Below, piece after piece: positions 48,860-63,800 of a DNA stretch of 64,000 nt. A program made the position numbers and the translations under genes. Source of the stretch: Octopus sinensis (taxonomy: Eukaryota); NCBI RefSeq assembly GCF_006345805.1, contig NC_043008.1, forward strand, positions 56,420,001-56,484,000, given 5' to 3'. The notes under the pieces were generated by a model. The model was given only the letters and a program-made list of their open reading frames with translations. It searched no databases and had not been told where the DNA came from. The first letter of the stretch is position 1. Each line of letters opens with the position of its first letter.

Positions 48860-51360
48860 TTTTCTTGTCCCAACTTGTCCTTGCACCAACAAGACATCAT
48901 AACATTTTGGACCTAGTGTTTAGTAACCACACTAACACTATACATAACGTTACAGTGGAAAAAACCCTTCTTTCAGACCATGACATGGTTCTCTGTAACA
49001 TGAAATTCCACCAGCCGAAAGCTAATCCTAGTGACCTTCCTCCAGCCCACCCATTTGACAACATGGATCTCCATAAAGCCAACTGGGATGCAATCAGGAA
49101 CGAGCTATCAAATGTTGACTGGTCCTTTACACATACACACATCTCCACCAACCATAAAACATCTTGGCAGATCTTTGTAGACACACCGTCACAGACATAT
49201 GTGCAAAACACTCCCACACCAAGACCTGTGAACAAAAAGTGCAGAATCCCCAAAACAGAAAAACCATTATCAGAAAAATAAAAAGAACAAACAAAAAATT
49301 AACAAACTAAAGTACTGCCAACAGCAACACACACTTCGACGGCTATCGCACTGCTTGAATCCAAAAAATATAACCTCCAACAATGCATGAAGACCCTAAT
49401 CAATAACCAAAGATCAGCTGAGGAGAAGTGGGCCATTGAAAAAATCAACTCAACCCCAAAGTGTTCTTTTCATTTGCGAGGAACGCAGGGTCACTGTCTC
49501 CACTGTAGGCCCTCTAATTGACGAAACTGGCACTCCTCCAAGATAATGCCAAATCCATGGCCGAGATACTGCAGAAACAATACTGCTCTGTTTTCACAGC
49601 AATCCTGATATGGCCGATCTGGGCTGTTTCAGTGATGTCAACCCCCAACACACTATATCGGACATAACGTTTAGTGCCCCTGATGTCTTAGCGGCGATAA
49701 ACGAAATAAAACACAATTCAGCAGTAGGCCCGCGATAGGTTCCCTGCTTGTGTCCTGAAGGTGTGTCGACACCAACTTGCATCTCCCCTTGCTAATCTGT
49801 GGAGAAACTCACTGGATGCTGGCTATATTCCAAAAAAACCTTCTGTCCCAGTCTGTTGTCCCAGTTTTCAAAAAGGGAAACAAGTCCCTTGCAGTGAATT
49901 ACCGTCCGATCTCACTCACCTCTCATATCATCAAGGTATTTGAGAGGGTGGTGAGATCTCGAATAACCCAATTTCTGGAAAACACACGGCTGATCTCCAC
50001 CAACATGGGTTCCGTAATGGAAGGGACTGCCTAACGCAGCTCCTGCATCACTTTGAGGACATTTTAGAGCTTTGGGAGGGGGCTCCAACCCGATGTCATC
50101 TACCTTGATTTCAGTAAGGCCTTCGACAGGGTCGATCACAAGACCCTATTGAAAAAACTATCCAACATTGGTGTCTCTGGAAAGTTACTGAAATGGATTA
50201 AGTGTTTCCTGACAGACAGATCTCAACATGTTTGTAGTTGAAGGGGAAAATCAAGCCCAGCCCAAAGTCAGTAGTGGCGTTCCGCAAGGCACTGTGCTGG
50301 GCCCACCACTTCTTTTCACATCATTTACATTAATGACATTAATGACATCATCAAGCACAGCAACATAAAAATCTTTGCAGATGACTCCAAGCTACAGAAG
50401 GTCATAAATGAGGCGAGTGACCGGACATGCCTTCAGTCAGATCTACTGGCTGTTATCCAATGGGCAGAAAAAAACAATATGCTGCTGAACGAGGATAATT
50501 TGAGCTAATCCACTTTGGAAAAGAGGATGCCCTGAAACTCCCATACTCCTCCTTCCTTCAGGTGAAACTCTCGCGGCGTCCAACAACATCAGAGACTTGG
50601 GAGTAATTGTGGACAACAACGTAAGCTGGGCCACTCATATAAACACCAAAGTTGACATGGCCCCAGAATGTGTTCCTGGATTCTCAGAACTTTCCAGTCG
50701 AGAGATTCCACACCATTATCCTTCTCTTCTCCACTTTTGCCCGACCCCACCTTGAATACTGTTGTCCACTGTGGTCTCCCCACACAATACAAGGTATCAT
50801 AAAAGTTGAAGCACCTCAAAGGGCAATCACAAAAAGATAGATGGCATGACAGGCCTCGACTATTGGGGTCGGCTAGAAAAGCTAAAACTCTATTCTCTCC
50901 AACGTCGTCGTGAGCGCTACATCATCTGCATGATGTGGGAAATATTCCATCAGCATTGCCCAAATGATGTTGGCATCACCTTTAAGGTACATCCAAGGCT
51001 TGGGCCCCGTGCCATCCGCCCAAAACAAAATCGAACTCTCATCTCATAACAACAATACGGCACAATTATTTCACCTCAATTGGCCCCGCTCTCTTTAACA
51101 TTACAAACCAAAAACACATAAAACAAACTGACGGACCCTATAGGGTTCAAGAAGTCTTTGGACAGATTCCTTCCAAGAAATCCCGGATAAACCCCCCAAA
51201 ACAACAAAACCGGATATGTCTCTGTAAACAATAACTCTCTACTTGAGTGGGCCATAGTGCCCAAATTCTGACTTGAAAGACTTCACCAGGTGGTGCTATT
51301 AAGTTAGACATGGCCTGGGCCAATAATGGCCGAAACCTATCAAAGTATCAAAGTAAAGTT
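48860..51360 (+). mobile_element. 5'-truncated CR1/L2-group LINE (APE C-terminus, RT, 3'UTR), multiply frameshifted
   Basis: PTRHHNILDLVFSN, NYRPISLTSHIIKVFERVV, DVIYLDFSKAFDRVDH, SGVPQGTVLGP, IFADDSKL, RPHLEYCCPLWSPH, LYSLQRRRERY. Tail of short repeats (atcaaagt). Confidence 0.93.
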
Positions 51361-51368
51361 ATATATAT

Positions 51369-51434
<66 letters not shown>

Positions 51435-51661
51435 TATACTCTCTTTTTACTCTCTTTTACTTGTTTCAGTCTTTTTACCTGGTCATGATGGAGCACCGCC
51501 TTTAGTCGAGCAAATCGACCCCAGGACTTATTCTAACGGTCTCTTTTACCGAGCCGCTAGGTTACGGGGACATAAACTCACCAGCATCGGTTGTCAAGGG
51601 ATGTTGGGGTGACAAAAACAGACACACAAACGCATACACATACATACATACACGCACACAC

Positions 51662-51708
<47 letters not shown>

Positions 51709-51913
51709 CAACGGGCTTCTTTCAGTTTCCGTCTACCAAATCCACTCACAAGGCTTTGGTCCGCCCGAGGCTATAGTAGAAGACACTTGCCCAAGGTGCC
51801 ACACTGTGAGACTGAACCCAGAACAATGTGGTTCGTAAGTAAACTACTTACCACACAGCCATACAGACGCCTATAATACATATATATATATATTTATATA
51901 CATATATACATAA

Positions 51914-51950
<37 letters not shown>

Positions 51951-52195
51951 ATATATTACATATATACACACACATATATAATATATATATATAATATATA
52001 TATATAATAAATATATATATTTATACATACATATTTATACACAAACATACATGCATGCATTATTAAAAGTGCAAAGTAGTTAGAATTTGTATATATACAA
52101 TTTATTGACCGCTTTCTCCCCTTTGCAGGAAAACGTCATAAATTTGTAGAGTGTTGAAAATTTTTCTTTCTGATATATATGAGAGTTAGGCGAAG

Positions 52196-52690
52196 AAAGT
52201 CAAGAGTTCAATTTGTTTTCTTGGGTTTGGGATAAAGTATGTTTCAGAGCGCATATTTGATATGTTCCTTGTCATCTTGAATCTATATGTGCGTGTGTGA
52301 ATATATATGTGCGTGTATCTTTATGGTGAATTTCTAAATGTTATGAGTTCGTGGTGAATTCTATAGCTAAGCAACCACTGAGCATCTTACCAAAATCCCT
52401 GTCAGCTATTCAATAACTAAAAGCAACAATTTATTGTAAATGATAAGAAGTTTGACCTCTTTTGACCCGTCATCAAATCAACCATCGCAGATAGTACCGC
52501 TTTATTCAGTTTTTTTTCACTCTTTCTTTAACCAAGCCACAAAAAACCTCATACATGCTTTGGTTAAAAATTCACCACATACATACACGCATATATAGAT
52601 TCAAAATGACAAAGAACATCTCAACAACCGCTCCCAAACATCCATTTCCTAAAATCTAAGAAAACATATTCAACTCTTGACGTGTTTCGA
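52196..52690. repeat. Inverted repeat (about 135-bp arms) ending at a degenerate minus-strand hammerhead (52672-52735)
   Basis: gtcaagagttcaatttgttttctt...tggtgaattt versus aaattcacca...aagaaaacatattcaactcttgac. The minus strand has GACT...AGTC-GAAAC-AC-GTC but an incomplete core. Confidence 0.75.
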
Positions 52691-52950
52691 CTAACATATT
52701 TATAAGGACAAATTTCCAACAGTCCTCAGTTCATGACGAATAACTGAAGTCGTTGAAAGCGCTCAATAAATTGTATTAAACCAAATTGTGAAATACTTAT
52801 ATTATATATTAAATCTGTACGCCATAACAACCACCATATTATATGCATGTTTGGTGTGTGTGTGTATATATCCATATATATGTATATGTATATAATATAT
52901 ATATATATGTATATATAATATATATATATATTATATATATAATATATATA

Positions 52951-52990
<40 letters not shown>

Positions 52991-53175
52991 TAAATATATA
53001 TACACATTTATATCTACATATATATGAATGTACCACACATACTTATAGGGAGAGTTATATATACTTATATGTATGTATGTATATATATATGTGTATTAAT
53101 ATAAATAATATATATATATATGTACATACTTACACACCCACCACACAACACACACACACCACACACACCACACAC

Positions 53176-53222
<47 letters not shown>

Positions 53223-53557
53223 TTATGCATATATGGGTAGAGGACGTTATAGAATGTAAACAACCGAAATACGAATACGAACAACGAAAGCAACAATGGA
53301 AAGCAAGACAAGTAACATAAACAATGACCCTTCATCAGTTGTCGGCTGTTTTATCTACTACGCACTTCGAACAATTACGAAACGATGCGCCTTCGTCAAA
53401 ATAGTTGCTCCCGCAAAGCAAATTATATAAAATTTGGGACTTGCAGAGGGTCAAAGTTGGTTACAAAAACAGGACAGTGAAAACAAGCAGTGCTAAGCTA
53501 AAACGAGGTAAGGTGGCGATATATATGGATATACGCACATAAACATATATGTATGCA

Positions 53558-53661
<104 letters not shown>

Positions 53662-53961
53662 TTACATCCTCACACACACGCACACACACATATATGTTAT
53701 AATCCTTAAAACGTTGGATTATTATAACGTCCACATCGGTATACATTATACTTATTAAAACCAGTAAAGACACGACTATCTCTGACCGCCTACTACGTAC
53801 TTGATATGAGATCACCGTGTCGCTCACATATGGTTGTGCATGTACCTGGTGTACCCTTATCAGACGGGTAGTCCTGATGGGTATATTGGGCTTCGCATAT
53901 TTGTACACCAGTGTCACTTTGATTGTATGCGCTGCTTTCTCAATGAATAACAATAATAATG

Positions 53962-54013
<52 letters not shown>

Positions 54014-54025
54014 GAAGAAGAAGAA

Positions 54026-54505
54026 GAAAACGAGAAAACAACCATACTCTGGGATATGCCGATACACACAGATAGAGAAATTAAGGCCAACAGGCGAGAT
54101 ATAGTTGTCAGAGATCATGAAGAAAAAAAATGCTTTCTAATTGATGTATCAATACCGGCAGATGACAACGTGTCTCTAAAAGAAATGGAGAAACTCTCAA
54201 AATACAAAGACCTGGAAATAGAGGTAACTAGAATGTGGAACCTGAAAACAGAAACAATTCCTATCATAGTAGGTGCATTAGGCATGATAAAAAATATTCA
54301 GACAAATACATAACAAAAAACACCAGGACTACAAACACATATAACATACAGAAAATTGCACTACTAGGCACTGCACAATCCTACGCAGAACACTTTCCAT
54401 ACAATAACCATCAGAGCATCACAACAAATCACAGCACATACCCAAGGCACACAGAGCTGCGCTCGGTAGTGAAGTGAAAGCACGCTATAAAAATAAAACT
54501 ACTGA
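54026..54505 (+). mobile_element. 5'-truncated R4/Dong-like LINE (RLE domain) in (AAT)n
   Basis: MPIHTDREIKANRRDIVVRDHEEKKCFLIDVSIPADDNVSLKEMEKLSKYKDLEIEVTRMWNLKTETIPIIVGALG. Nearly identical to 31452-31920. Confidence 0.88.
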
Positions 54506-54522
54506 ATAATAATATAATAATA

Positions 54523-54563
<41 letters not shown>

Positions 54564-54921
54564 TAATAATAATGATCCTTTCCACTATAGGCACAAGTGA
54601 AATGTGGGGGAGGGGACTAGTCGATTACATCGACCTCAGTGTTTCACTGATACTTAATTTATCGACCCCGAAATGATAAAAGTCAAAGCGACCTGGCGGA
54701 TTTGAACTCAGAACTTACAGGCGGATGAAATGCGGCTAATTATTTTGCCTGGCGTGCTAACGATTCTGCCAGCTCGCCGTCGTAATGATAATAATGATGA
54801 TGATAATAATAGTAATAATTGATAATGATAATAATAATAATAATATAGACAATAATAATATAACAATAATAATAATAATATAATAATAATAATAATGATG
54901 ATGATGATGATAATGATAATA

Positions 54922-54973
<52 letters not shown>

Positions 54974-55130
54974 CATACAGAAAATTGCACAACTAGGCAC
55001 TGCACACATCCTACGCAGAACACTTTCCATACAATAACCATCAGAGCATCAAAACAAATCACAGCACATACCTAAGGCACACGGAGCTGCGCTCGGTAGT
55101 GAAGTGAAAGCACGCTATAAAATAAAACTA

Positions 55131-55185
<55 letters not shown>

Positions 55186-55444
55186 TAATAATGATATATA
55201 ATGATCCTTTCCCTATAGGCACAAGTGAAATGTGGGGGAGGGGACTAGTCGATTACATCGACCTCAGTGTTTCACTGATACTTAATTTATCGACCCCGAA
55301 ATGATAAAAGTCAAAGCCGACCTGGCGGAATTTGAACTCAGAACTTACAGGCGGATGAAATGCGGCTAATTATTTTGCCTGGCGTGCTAACGATTCTGCC
55401 AGCTCGCCGTCGTAATGATAATAATGATGATGATAATAATAGTA

Positions 55445-55475
<31 letters not shown>

Positions 55476-55497
55476 TAATGACAATAATAATAATAAC

Positions 55498-55532
<35 letters not shown>

Positions 55533-55549
55533 TGATGATGATGATAATG

Positions 55550-55608
<59 letters not shown>

Positions 55609-55766
55609 CATACAGAAAATTGCACAACTAGGCACTGCACACATCCTACGCAGAACACTTTCCATACAATAACCATCAGAGCATCAAAACAAATCACAGC
55701 ACATACCTAAGGCACACGGAGCTGCGCTCGGTAGTGAAGTGAAAGCACGCTATAAAAATAAAACTA

Positions 55767-55770
<4 letters not shown>
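54505..55770 (+). repeat. Tandem duplication of a unit of about 630 bp ((AAT)n + minus-strand family A SINE + (AAT)n + Dong 3' end)
   Basis: Units at 54505-55133 and 55134-55770 are nearly identical. Dong 3' ends at 54970-55133 and 55606-55770 share private variants. Confidence 0.85.
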
Positions 55771-55797
<27 letters not shown>

Positions 55798-55799
55798 TA

Positions 55800-55850
<51 letters not shown>

Positions 55851-58139
55851 GTACCAGATGAGTAATGGGGTTAATGTAATAGACTAACTCCTTGGCCCGA
55901 AGTTGCTGGCCTTGTACTAAACTTGAAACCATTATTATTATTTACTATATATATTCTGCGACCAAATCCCACCGACGTCAATAAATTCTACAAGTTTTCC
56001 CTCAAAATTCATGGCTTTGTGCTATTGTTAGAAATCATTATTACGAAGATATTTATCTGACGCCAAAAGCTGGCCTAATTCTAAGATATTTAATAGATAT
56101 TATCGTATCTAAAATAACTTCATTAAGTTAACACACGCATATCTCCGCGATGATACAGACACATCAAAGACTTTAGATTGCAGAGGTCTGTTCTGATAAC
56201 AATGGCACTATTCAAATTCCAGCTACGTTTCATTCATAAATCTGGCAGTCGTATATTTAGGTTTTAAGATCAGTTTAGTTGAATGTAATTGAAAGTTTGC
56301 GTTATTTGCAGCAATTTATAACATAACATCTGGTTTTCTTTTTCTTATTTCTTCTTCGTATTCATGAATCTTGATGAGATTCGAGATAAGGAAAAAAGAA
56401 AATATATATATATATAAATAAATAAATAAAACAAAAGAATCAAGAAGAAAGGCGCTCTCCTGTTTAAAGGCGATAAAACACGTACCGAATCAAATAGACT
56501 GACACACAATATTATTATTCGGAGTGTTAATAGGAACGTTTCTTGTACACGTGTCTAGAATGACTTTAACATTATTTACTCACCCACATAGACAATGCAG
56601 GCCATTAATCCAATCTTTGCGAACATAATGTAAATGTAAACGTAGAACAACTAGCAACTCGTTGGAATTTTCTTCAGCTAACTTAATTGTCACGTCTACA
56701 TTTCCGATAGGAAGTGGTTTGCCCCATCTGTAGACGTTTGTGTGGAGCAAAGATTTTGTACATCATTAACATTAAAGCATTGAGTGTCTGTGTCTGTCGA
56801 TAACAAAACACCGAACCGAACTTTCTGTGATATCTAATGTATTAAATTAAAACAAAATTCTTAAAAAGCAAAAATTCAAAATCTTTTAAAATTTGATTCA
56901 TGCTTTTGAATGAATGTATTTCTTGTAAATGAAGTTACTCGTTATTTAAACCGATAAAGGCACCTCTATGTAGAGAGTGTATATGCTAAAAATATGGCAG
57001 CTAAATCTTCTCAAAGGTTTCAAATCTTGACTCAAGAGCAGTCATTTTCTTAGAGGAGGGAGATAGCCAATCACACTAACCCCAGAAACGGCACGTGAAT
57101 AGGTGCTGTCGCAGAGCCGTTAAAACATCAAATAGACTACCTTACTATTTCTGTTCTCTCTGCAAACTAATTTCAAACTGAGTTAAAATCAAGTTTGCAT
57201 TCTTGATGAGAATTGATCAAAAAGTATCAGTCCTGGGTGTTGGATTGGTGGAACTATAACAGTATTGGAGAATATGCTTTATAACGGTATGTTTGGTCTT
57301 ACAAAGAATGTTTGGTCTTCCAAAGAGGTTTTGGTGTATAAGTCGACCTACCTTTTCTGTTTTTTGGCTGTAAATTTTGGTCTGAAAAATTCGACTTGTA
57401 TGTTGGAAACTACGTTACATAATACAAATTTAGATACAGAGTCAAACTGTATTATGAGCAAACAGCTAGATAAATGAGAAAATAAAAGAAAAATTTTTTT
57501 AAAGTTCCACTCATAATCGATTTAGCAAACCAACTAAACTAACATCGATTATGATGTAGCTAATAAGACAAATAGCAGTTAGACAAACAAGAAAAAAATC
57601 TCTCAGCATTCACGATCTTCTAAATAAGGATAAGAAAGAGAGCAGCTGTGTCAACAGCAGAAATAATAGCAGAAATATTATCAACATTAGGGTCAAAACT
57701 ATTACATCAATCAATGTCAGTGAAGAATATTACTTGTGCTTTCCGTCGTGCCAGTGACGTGACTATTAGTTATAGTGTAGAAATTTACATAAGTTGTGGC
57801 ATCAATATTAGGAGCACCAATGACAATGACCTATATTGATGTAAGTTGTTGAACGATTATCAGAAATAAAAGCAATTTACATGAATAATTAACAAACACA
57901 TATGTATGTTTTCTTTTGTTTTAAGTATTTAAATTTTTCCTTGCAGAAAGGAGTTGGTTTCTAACAAAGATAAAAAAGCTCTATCGTTGGTAAAAAAAAT
58001 ATCACATTTTAAACTTGAGGAAAGTCGTGTATATATCTACTGTCCAACTTACAGATTGCATCTGCACTGTGCGAGTTAGATGGTTGATTTCTCTTTCTGA
58101 AAACCGTAGATTCCTCAGATTGTCATTTTGGCATTAGAT

Positions 58140-58800
58140 ATGTTTCGACCAAATATTGGTCCAGGCCATGTCTAACTTAATAGCACCACCTGATAGGATT
58201 ATCTAAATCCTGTTTAAGTCAAGTTTTGTTCATGGTTCATTCAAGTAGTGAGTTCTTGTTGAATGAGTTGTATCCAGGTATGGGTGGCTTATCTGATATT
58301 CCTTGAAGAAATCTGTCCAGACTCCGTTTAAAGGTGATGGGATCCTTTTCCTCTTTGATCTCTTTTGGTACAATGTTAAACAGGGCAGGGTCTGTTGAGG
58401 AAAAGAAATTATGTTGCAACTAATTAAACCAATTATTATTGGTATAAATTTTATAATCTGGATATAGAAAATGGAGGTTTCGAAGTAGTTGTCCATAGTT
58501 ATTATATTTCTCTTTGATTTTCGAAGAGATATTCACAACAGCAGAGCAAGACAACAGAACCCTATGACAGTACATATTTTTCCTTGTCATCCCCAAACAA
58601 CAATATCTAGTCTCTTATGTTTACATTTGACAAATGTTTTAATGGGAATGTCTCACCACTATTCCCGGTGTTGATGTTTGTGCAAGCGTTCATTTGCGGG
58701 GGACTCAATATTTACTCCAAGACAGTCTTTTTTTCTGAATGGCAGTGTAGGTTGTTTTAGCAAGAACATCACGTAACGCTGGGAGGTAGTATCTTGATGA
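58140..58800 (-). mobile_element. Decayed 3' end of a CR1/L2-group LINE related to 48860-51360
   Basis: Minus strand GPALFNIVP..ITFKRSLDRFLQGISDKPPIPGY, with the same 3'UTR (ggtggtgctattaagttagacatggcctgg). Confidence 0.85.
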
Positions 58801-58922
58801 CACTTTTGAACACCTGTTAATCACGTGTAATGTCTTCTTCAAGCTTCCGTCTACTAAATTCACCCACAAGGCTTTGATGTTCCAGGGGTTATGTTAGAGG
58901 GGACATACCGTATATATATATA

Positions 58923-59002
<80 letters not shown>

Positions 59003-59293
59003 TAGAGAAGAACCACCATGTAGCATTCAACAATGATATACTTAAATCATACCGTATAGAAAAAATTAAAGATACTATAAAACACTTACCTAGACTTAAT
59101 AAAGAACGAAATAATGAATAAATAGTATATAATTAGAAATAAACTACACGTGTTTCGTTCTTCTCTAATTTATATACATTTATTATATATTGTGAAACTT
59201 GATTTAGTTTTACTAAATTTTTCCCTGTAAGTTTGGAATCATATTCCCTAATATACATATATGTATATATATATTATATATATATATATATAT

Positions 59294-59324
<31 letters not shown>

Positions 59325-59821
59325 TATATATGTATGTATATGTATTATGTATATATATATGTGTGTATGTGTGTGTGTGTGTGTGTGTATGTATATTTAT
59401 TGTGATGTATGTATGTACTGACTAGGCTAACGGGTGGTGCTATACACTAGTGGTCACATTGCGCTTCCTCGCATTGTTGTTTGTTGTAGCCTTTGAATAA
59501 TTCCACCTCACTTGCTAGGCCAACAGTCCAACATTTTCCCTGAACAGGAGGCCAATCCATTGGCAGCCCATTTACAATTGAATGGAATGGAGCATTTTGT
59601 CTTGCTGAAAAACAGAATGAACCGTCGTCCTGCGAATCGAAACCACAATTTAACTGTCGCGATTGCAACACTAACCACTAAGTTATGTCCATTCACACAC
59701 ACTCTCACATACATATAGATATATACATCCATACACGTATACGAAGATATATATACATATATACCATACATCCACACACACATATACATAATACATACAA
59801 ATACATACATACATACACACA

Positions 59822-59899
<78 letters not shown>

Positions 59900-60373
59900 C
59901 ATACATATATATGCAAGTAATCATGAATAGAAATATGAAAAGAAGTTGAAAATGCGCTTGGAGTCTTTTAAAAACGTTATTTACATTTAAATTATCGCTT
60001 AATCATTTCATGATGTTCAAAAGCAAATGCTAGAATTTTTTCTGCCTTCTATATTAAATTATACAATAGCATAAAAAACCAATAAGGTGGGTCTTCAATA
60101 ACCGTTGCTTATTGTATAAATGTAACGGATTATTTGAGACATGGTTTGTTTTTCATTTGAATAGAAACCTTTTCCATTGCATATAATGATATATGTATTG
60201 AGATATTTTGATTTGTGCTCGGTAAGTATACTTTTAATTCATTTTTGCGTATACTCATTCATTTACCAAACTAAATTTTTATGTTATTTTCTACAATCAG
60301 GGTGGTATTTTAACTTTCATCTCTCAAGGGTTGATAACACAAAAATAAAATCATTAATATAATTAACTCTCCG

Positions 60374-60374
<1 letters not shown>

Positions 60375-60463
<89 letters not shown>

Positions 60464-60472
60464 CATCCATCC

Positions 60473-60533
<61 letters not shown>

Positions 60534-60542
60534 ATCTATCTA

Positions 60543-60596
<54 letters not shown>

Positions 60597-60610
60597 ATCT
60601 ATCTATCTAA
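60375..60610. repeat. (TATC)n tetranucleotide tract, representative of dozens of (TA)n, (TG/CA)n, (TATG)n, (TATC)n and (AAT)n arrays in the window
   Basis: Direct reading. Confidence 0.97.
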
Positions 60611-61556
60611 TTGCCTGTCTGTCTGTATGTATATGTGATCTTTCACCGACGTAAAAAATCAATATTGATGAAGTTGAAAGGGTTATGTATTTTGTTCATA
60701 AAGTCTCTTTCTATTTTTCCAACTCAAATATCGTTCGGCAGCTAGGATTAGATATTTAGCTTAGATATTTAGCAAATTTAATTATATACTTGGTCGATTT
60801 TTGGCACATAATTCGAAGTCCATTCACTAAAATTGATTCAATTATTCTTCAAAAATAAAAGCAGATTTATTACATATATTTGAAAGATATGAAACTACTT
60901 AGCGAATAAAATAAAATTTGAAGACAAAATGTACAAAACGAAAATGTTATATCTCTCCAGCTTAAGGAAATTTTACAGTTTACAGTTGTTATTAAGAATT
61001 ACTTTATTAGATATTTATTATTATATTCTAAAAACTTTAGTAGTTCTACAGCTAAATGTAAATAGAAAGCTTCAATAGAAAAAAATAGATTTGTATAGAA
61101 TATATAGTTAAATAGCAAAATATAAAATTGAAATCATGGCATCATATAAGCAGAATTGTGCAATATATGAAAACGCGTAACTCATAAAAAATAAGCGACA
61201 ACAACCCAGCAATGTTATAATTTAATACGATCTAAGTTGCCGATTTATAAGGGAAAATTACTAAATAAGAACGGTAAATAATAATGTATTTATATTGATA
61301 TTTAAAGTCATAAAGAAGATGCCGTTTAAAGATTTCCACACAGAAACGGTAAAGATGTGAGCCTGTGCTAATATGGAGGCATTGTTTGGGTAGAAGATTG
61401 GCAGAATTTCTTGCGTGTAATGGTGCTGAGTTATGCATCTTTGTTTTCAGATTTCGAATTTTGCCAAAGACAACGGTGCCTATCATCATTTCGAAGTCTA
61501 TAAAATTGAGGAATCGACATCCGGTGGACAAACACAACCACAAAGACATACACACA

Positions 61557-61597
<41 letters not shown>

Positions 61598-61816
61598 TAT
61601 ACGAGCACATACATCTGTATACGACGATTTTCTTTCATTTTTCTTCTGTCAGATCCGCTGACCAAGGGTGTGGTTGGCCCGGGTCTACGGTACAAGACAC
61701 TTCTCAAGTTACCAGGCAGTAGGACTGAACCGGAACCATGTAGTCTGGAGGCAAGCGTCTTACCACATACCCATTTCTGCGCTTACATACACATATATAT
61801 GTATATATATATATAC

Positions 61817-61850
<34 letters not shown>

Positions 61851-62663
61851 ATATATATATACACATACATACACACACACGTGCATGCACACAACACATA
61901 CACACACACATATATGTACATATATATAGTTTTTATGAAATTTAATGGACCACACACACACACACACTCAACTACACATACGCGAATGCGTATGCGTGCA
62001 TGTGTGTTTCTATACATGTGTCAAGAAGAAAACTGCATTGAATTTGGAAGGAAAAAAAAAACAGATTTAAGAAAATAGCGAACGTTGCATTATAAAAAGG
62101 AGAGAGATAAAAGATGGAGTTAACTAAAGAAATTAGTGTTGTTTTTTGTAGACTGGTGGAATGTCATGATGGAGGTTTAAAAATTAATTCTAACAGATTA
62201 AAAAGGAAGATATTTATAATTGGAAAGAATAAATTTATTAGGTTTCACAAAATTATCACAAATGTAATGAAATTAATTACGTTCTATAACGTTTCTTTCA
62301 TACAGGTGATATAAATGTAAATTAGGTTTCGTAAAAATGTAATATATTCATTAATACTTTAACAGTGAAACTGTAATGATTAATTACGGATATAATTGAT
62401 AATTTAATGAAAAGTATTGGTATAATAATCTATTATAAAGTTAGTTAAACAAAACAAAATTGTTAATTATGCAAACTACAATCTGCGTATAATGCTAGTA
62501 TATAATAGGAATTAAAATTGTTAATTACATTTCATCACTCTTTATAGGTGTGCCTGTGTAGTAAGAAACTTGCTGGCCATGATAAAACTCCGAGTTTCGG
62601 ATGTCGGGGCGGAAACCCACGCCGCCATCTCTTCAGTTATCGGGCCATCGATAGCATTTTTCG

Positions 62664-62695
<32 letters not shown>

Positions 62696-62697
62696 TA

Positions 62698-62733
<36 letters not shown>

Positions 62734-63389
62734 TGTATGTATGTATGTATGTATGTATATGTACACGCACACATAAATATATATAAGCATATATTGGCAC
62801 AGAATGTCACCAACAGTGCAAACAACATGAAATACGCAAACAACGAGGCGAAAAAAGGGAAAACAGGACCTTTCATCATTTGTTGGCTGCCTAACTTACT
62901 TCTCAGTTTGTGTGTGTGCGTGCATGCATGTATGTGTGTGTCTGTGTGCGCGCGCCTTTGTATCAATAAAGTTGATGGGTCTACTAAGGCAACCTTATTC
63001 CCATTGGTTAGGTAACACGCTCACTTCTATAGAAATGCGTGTATGGGTATGTGTGTGGGTATGTATGTGTGTTTGTGTATGTGTGCCTGCGAGTGGCTGG
63101 CTGGTGAAACATTTCATGCTCGGGTAGTTAGAAAGTATTTTAATATTTTTGAAGATTCTATGCTAGTAAGATGAAGCTAATTCTGGGTGGCAGTTAGTAG
63201 TGGCGAGTTCGAAAATAGGATTTTGTGATACTAAGAACTGAAAAAGGGACAAAATTTTAATTAGCGTTGAAATGTTTTGCAACATATGTTATTTTTAATT
63301 TTATGTAAATATATTTGGACTTGAAATCCGAATATAATTCGAAAGATATGGATCAGTTTTTCCATTCTAGCTTTAACGGATATACAGAC

Positions 63390-63800
63390 CTTGACGGAAA
63401 CTGCTGTTAAATCCACCGCAAAATTTCGATGTTAACTTCATGCTAAATGTGGTGAAAGAGATAACTACTTTGGTTATGCAAACACCTAATAGAGAAATGA
63501 TGCCGATGGTGATATATCTAGATTTGGATGAAGAGGCTTTTAATTTAGATTGGCTGGAGTCGACTAAGTTCTGTGTGTGTGTGTGAAAGTATATGTAATG
63601 CAATGTGAGATTCTTAGAGTATTCTATTGGAAACCTTACGGTATCGTGGCTAGAGTGGGTAATTAAGAGATTTCAAGAATAATTCAGCTTCATTATTGAT
63701 ACCAGTTAATTAAATGGTGGATTATATCACACAGTGTATATATTTGGACAGTTAGTTTGTGCTAAATTAGCAGTGTTGTTTAACTTTCTATGTGGATCAA
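63390..63800 (+). mobile_element. Highly decayed L1/Tx1-like RT remnant
   Basis: RKIS..NFMLNVVKE...MVIYLDLDEEAFNLDW resembles the RT motif xLDxxKAFDxVxW. A later LNG..V..C segment is only a weak match. Confidence 0.4.

Noticed and set aside
63373-63603. Minus-strand hydrophobic ORF as a transporter exon
   Set aside because: No transporter motif is present. The opposite strand better matches a decayed LINE RT motif.
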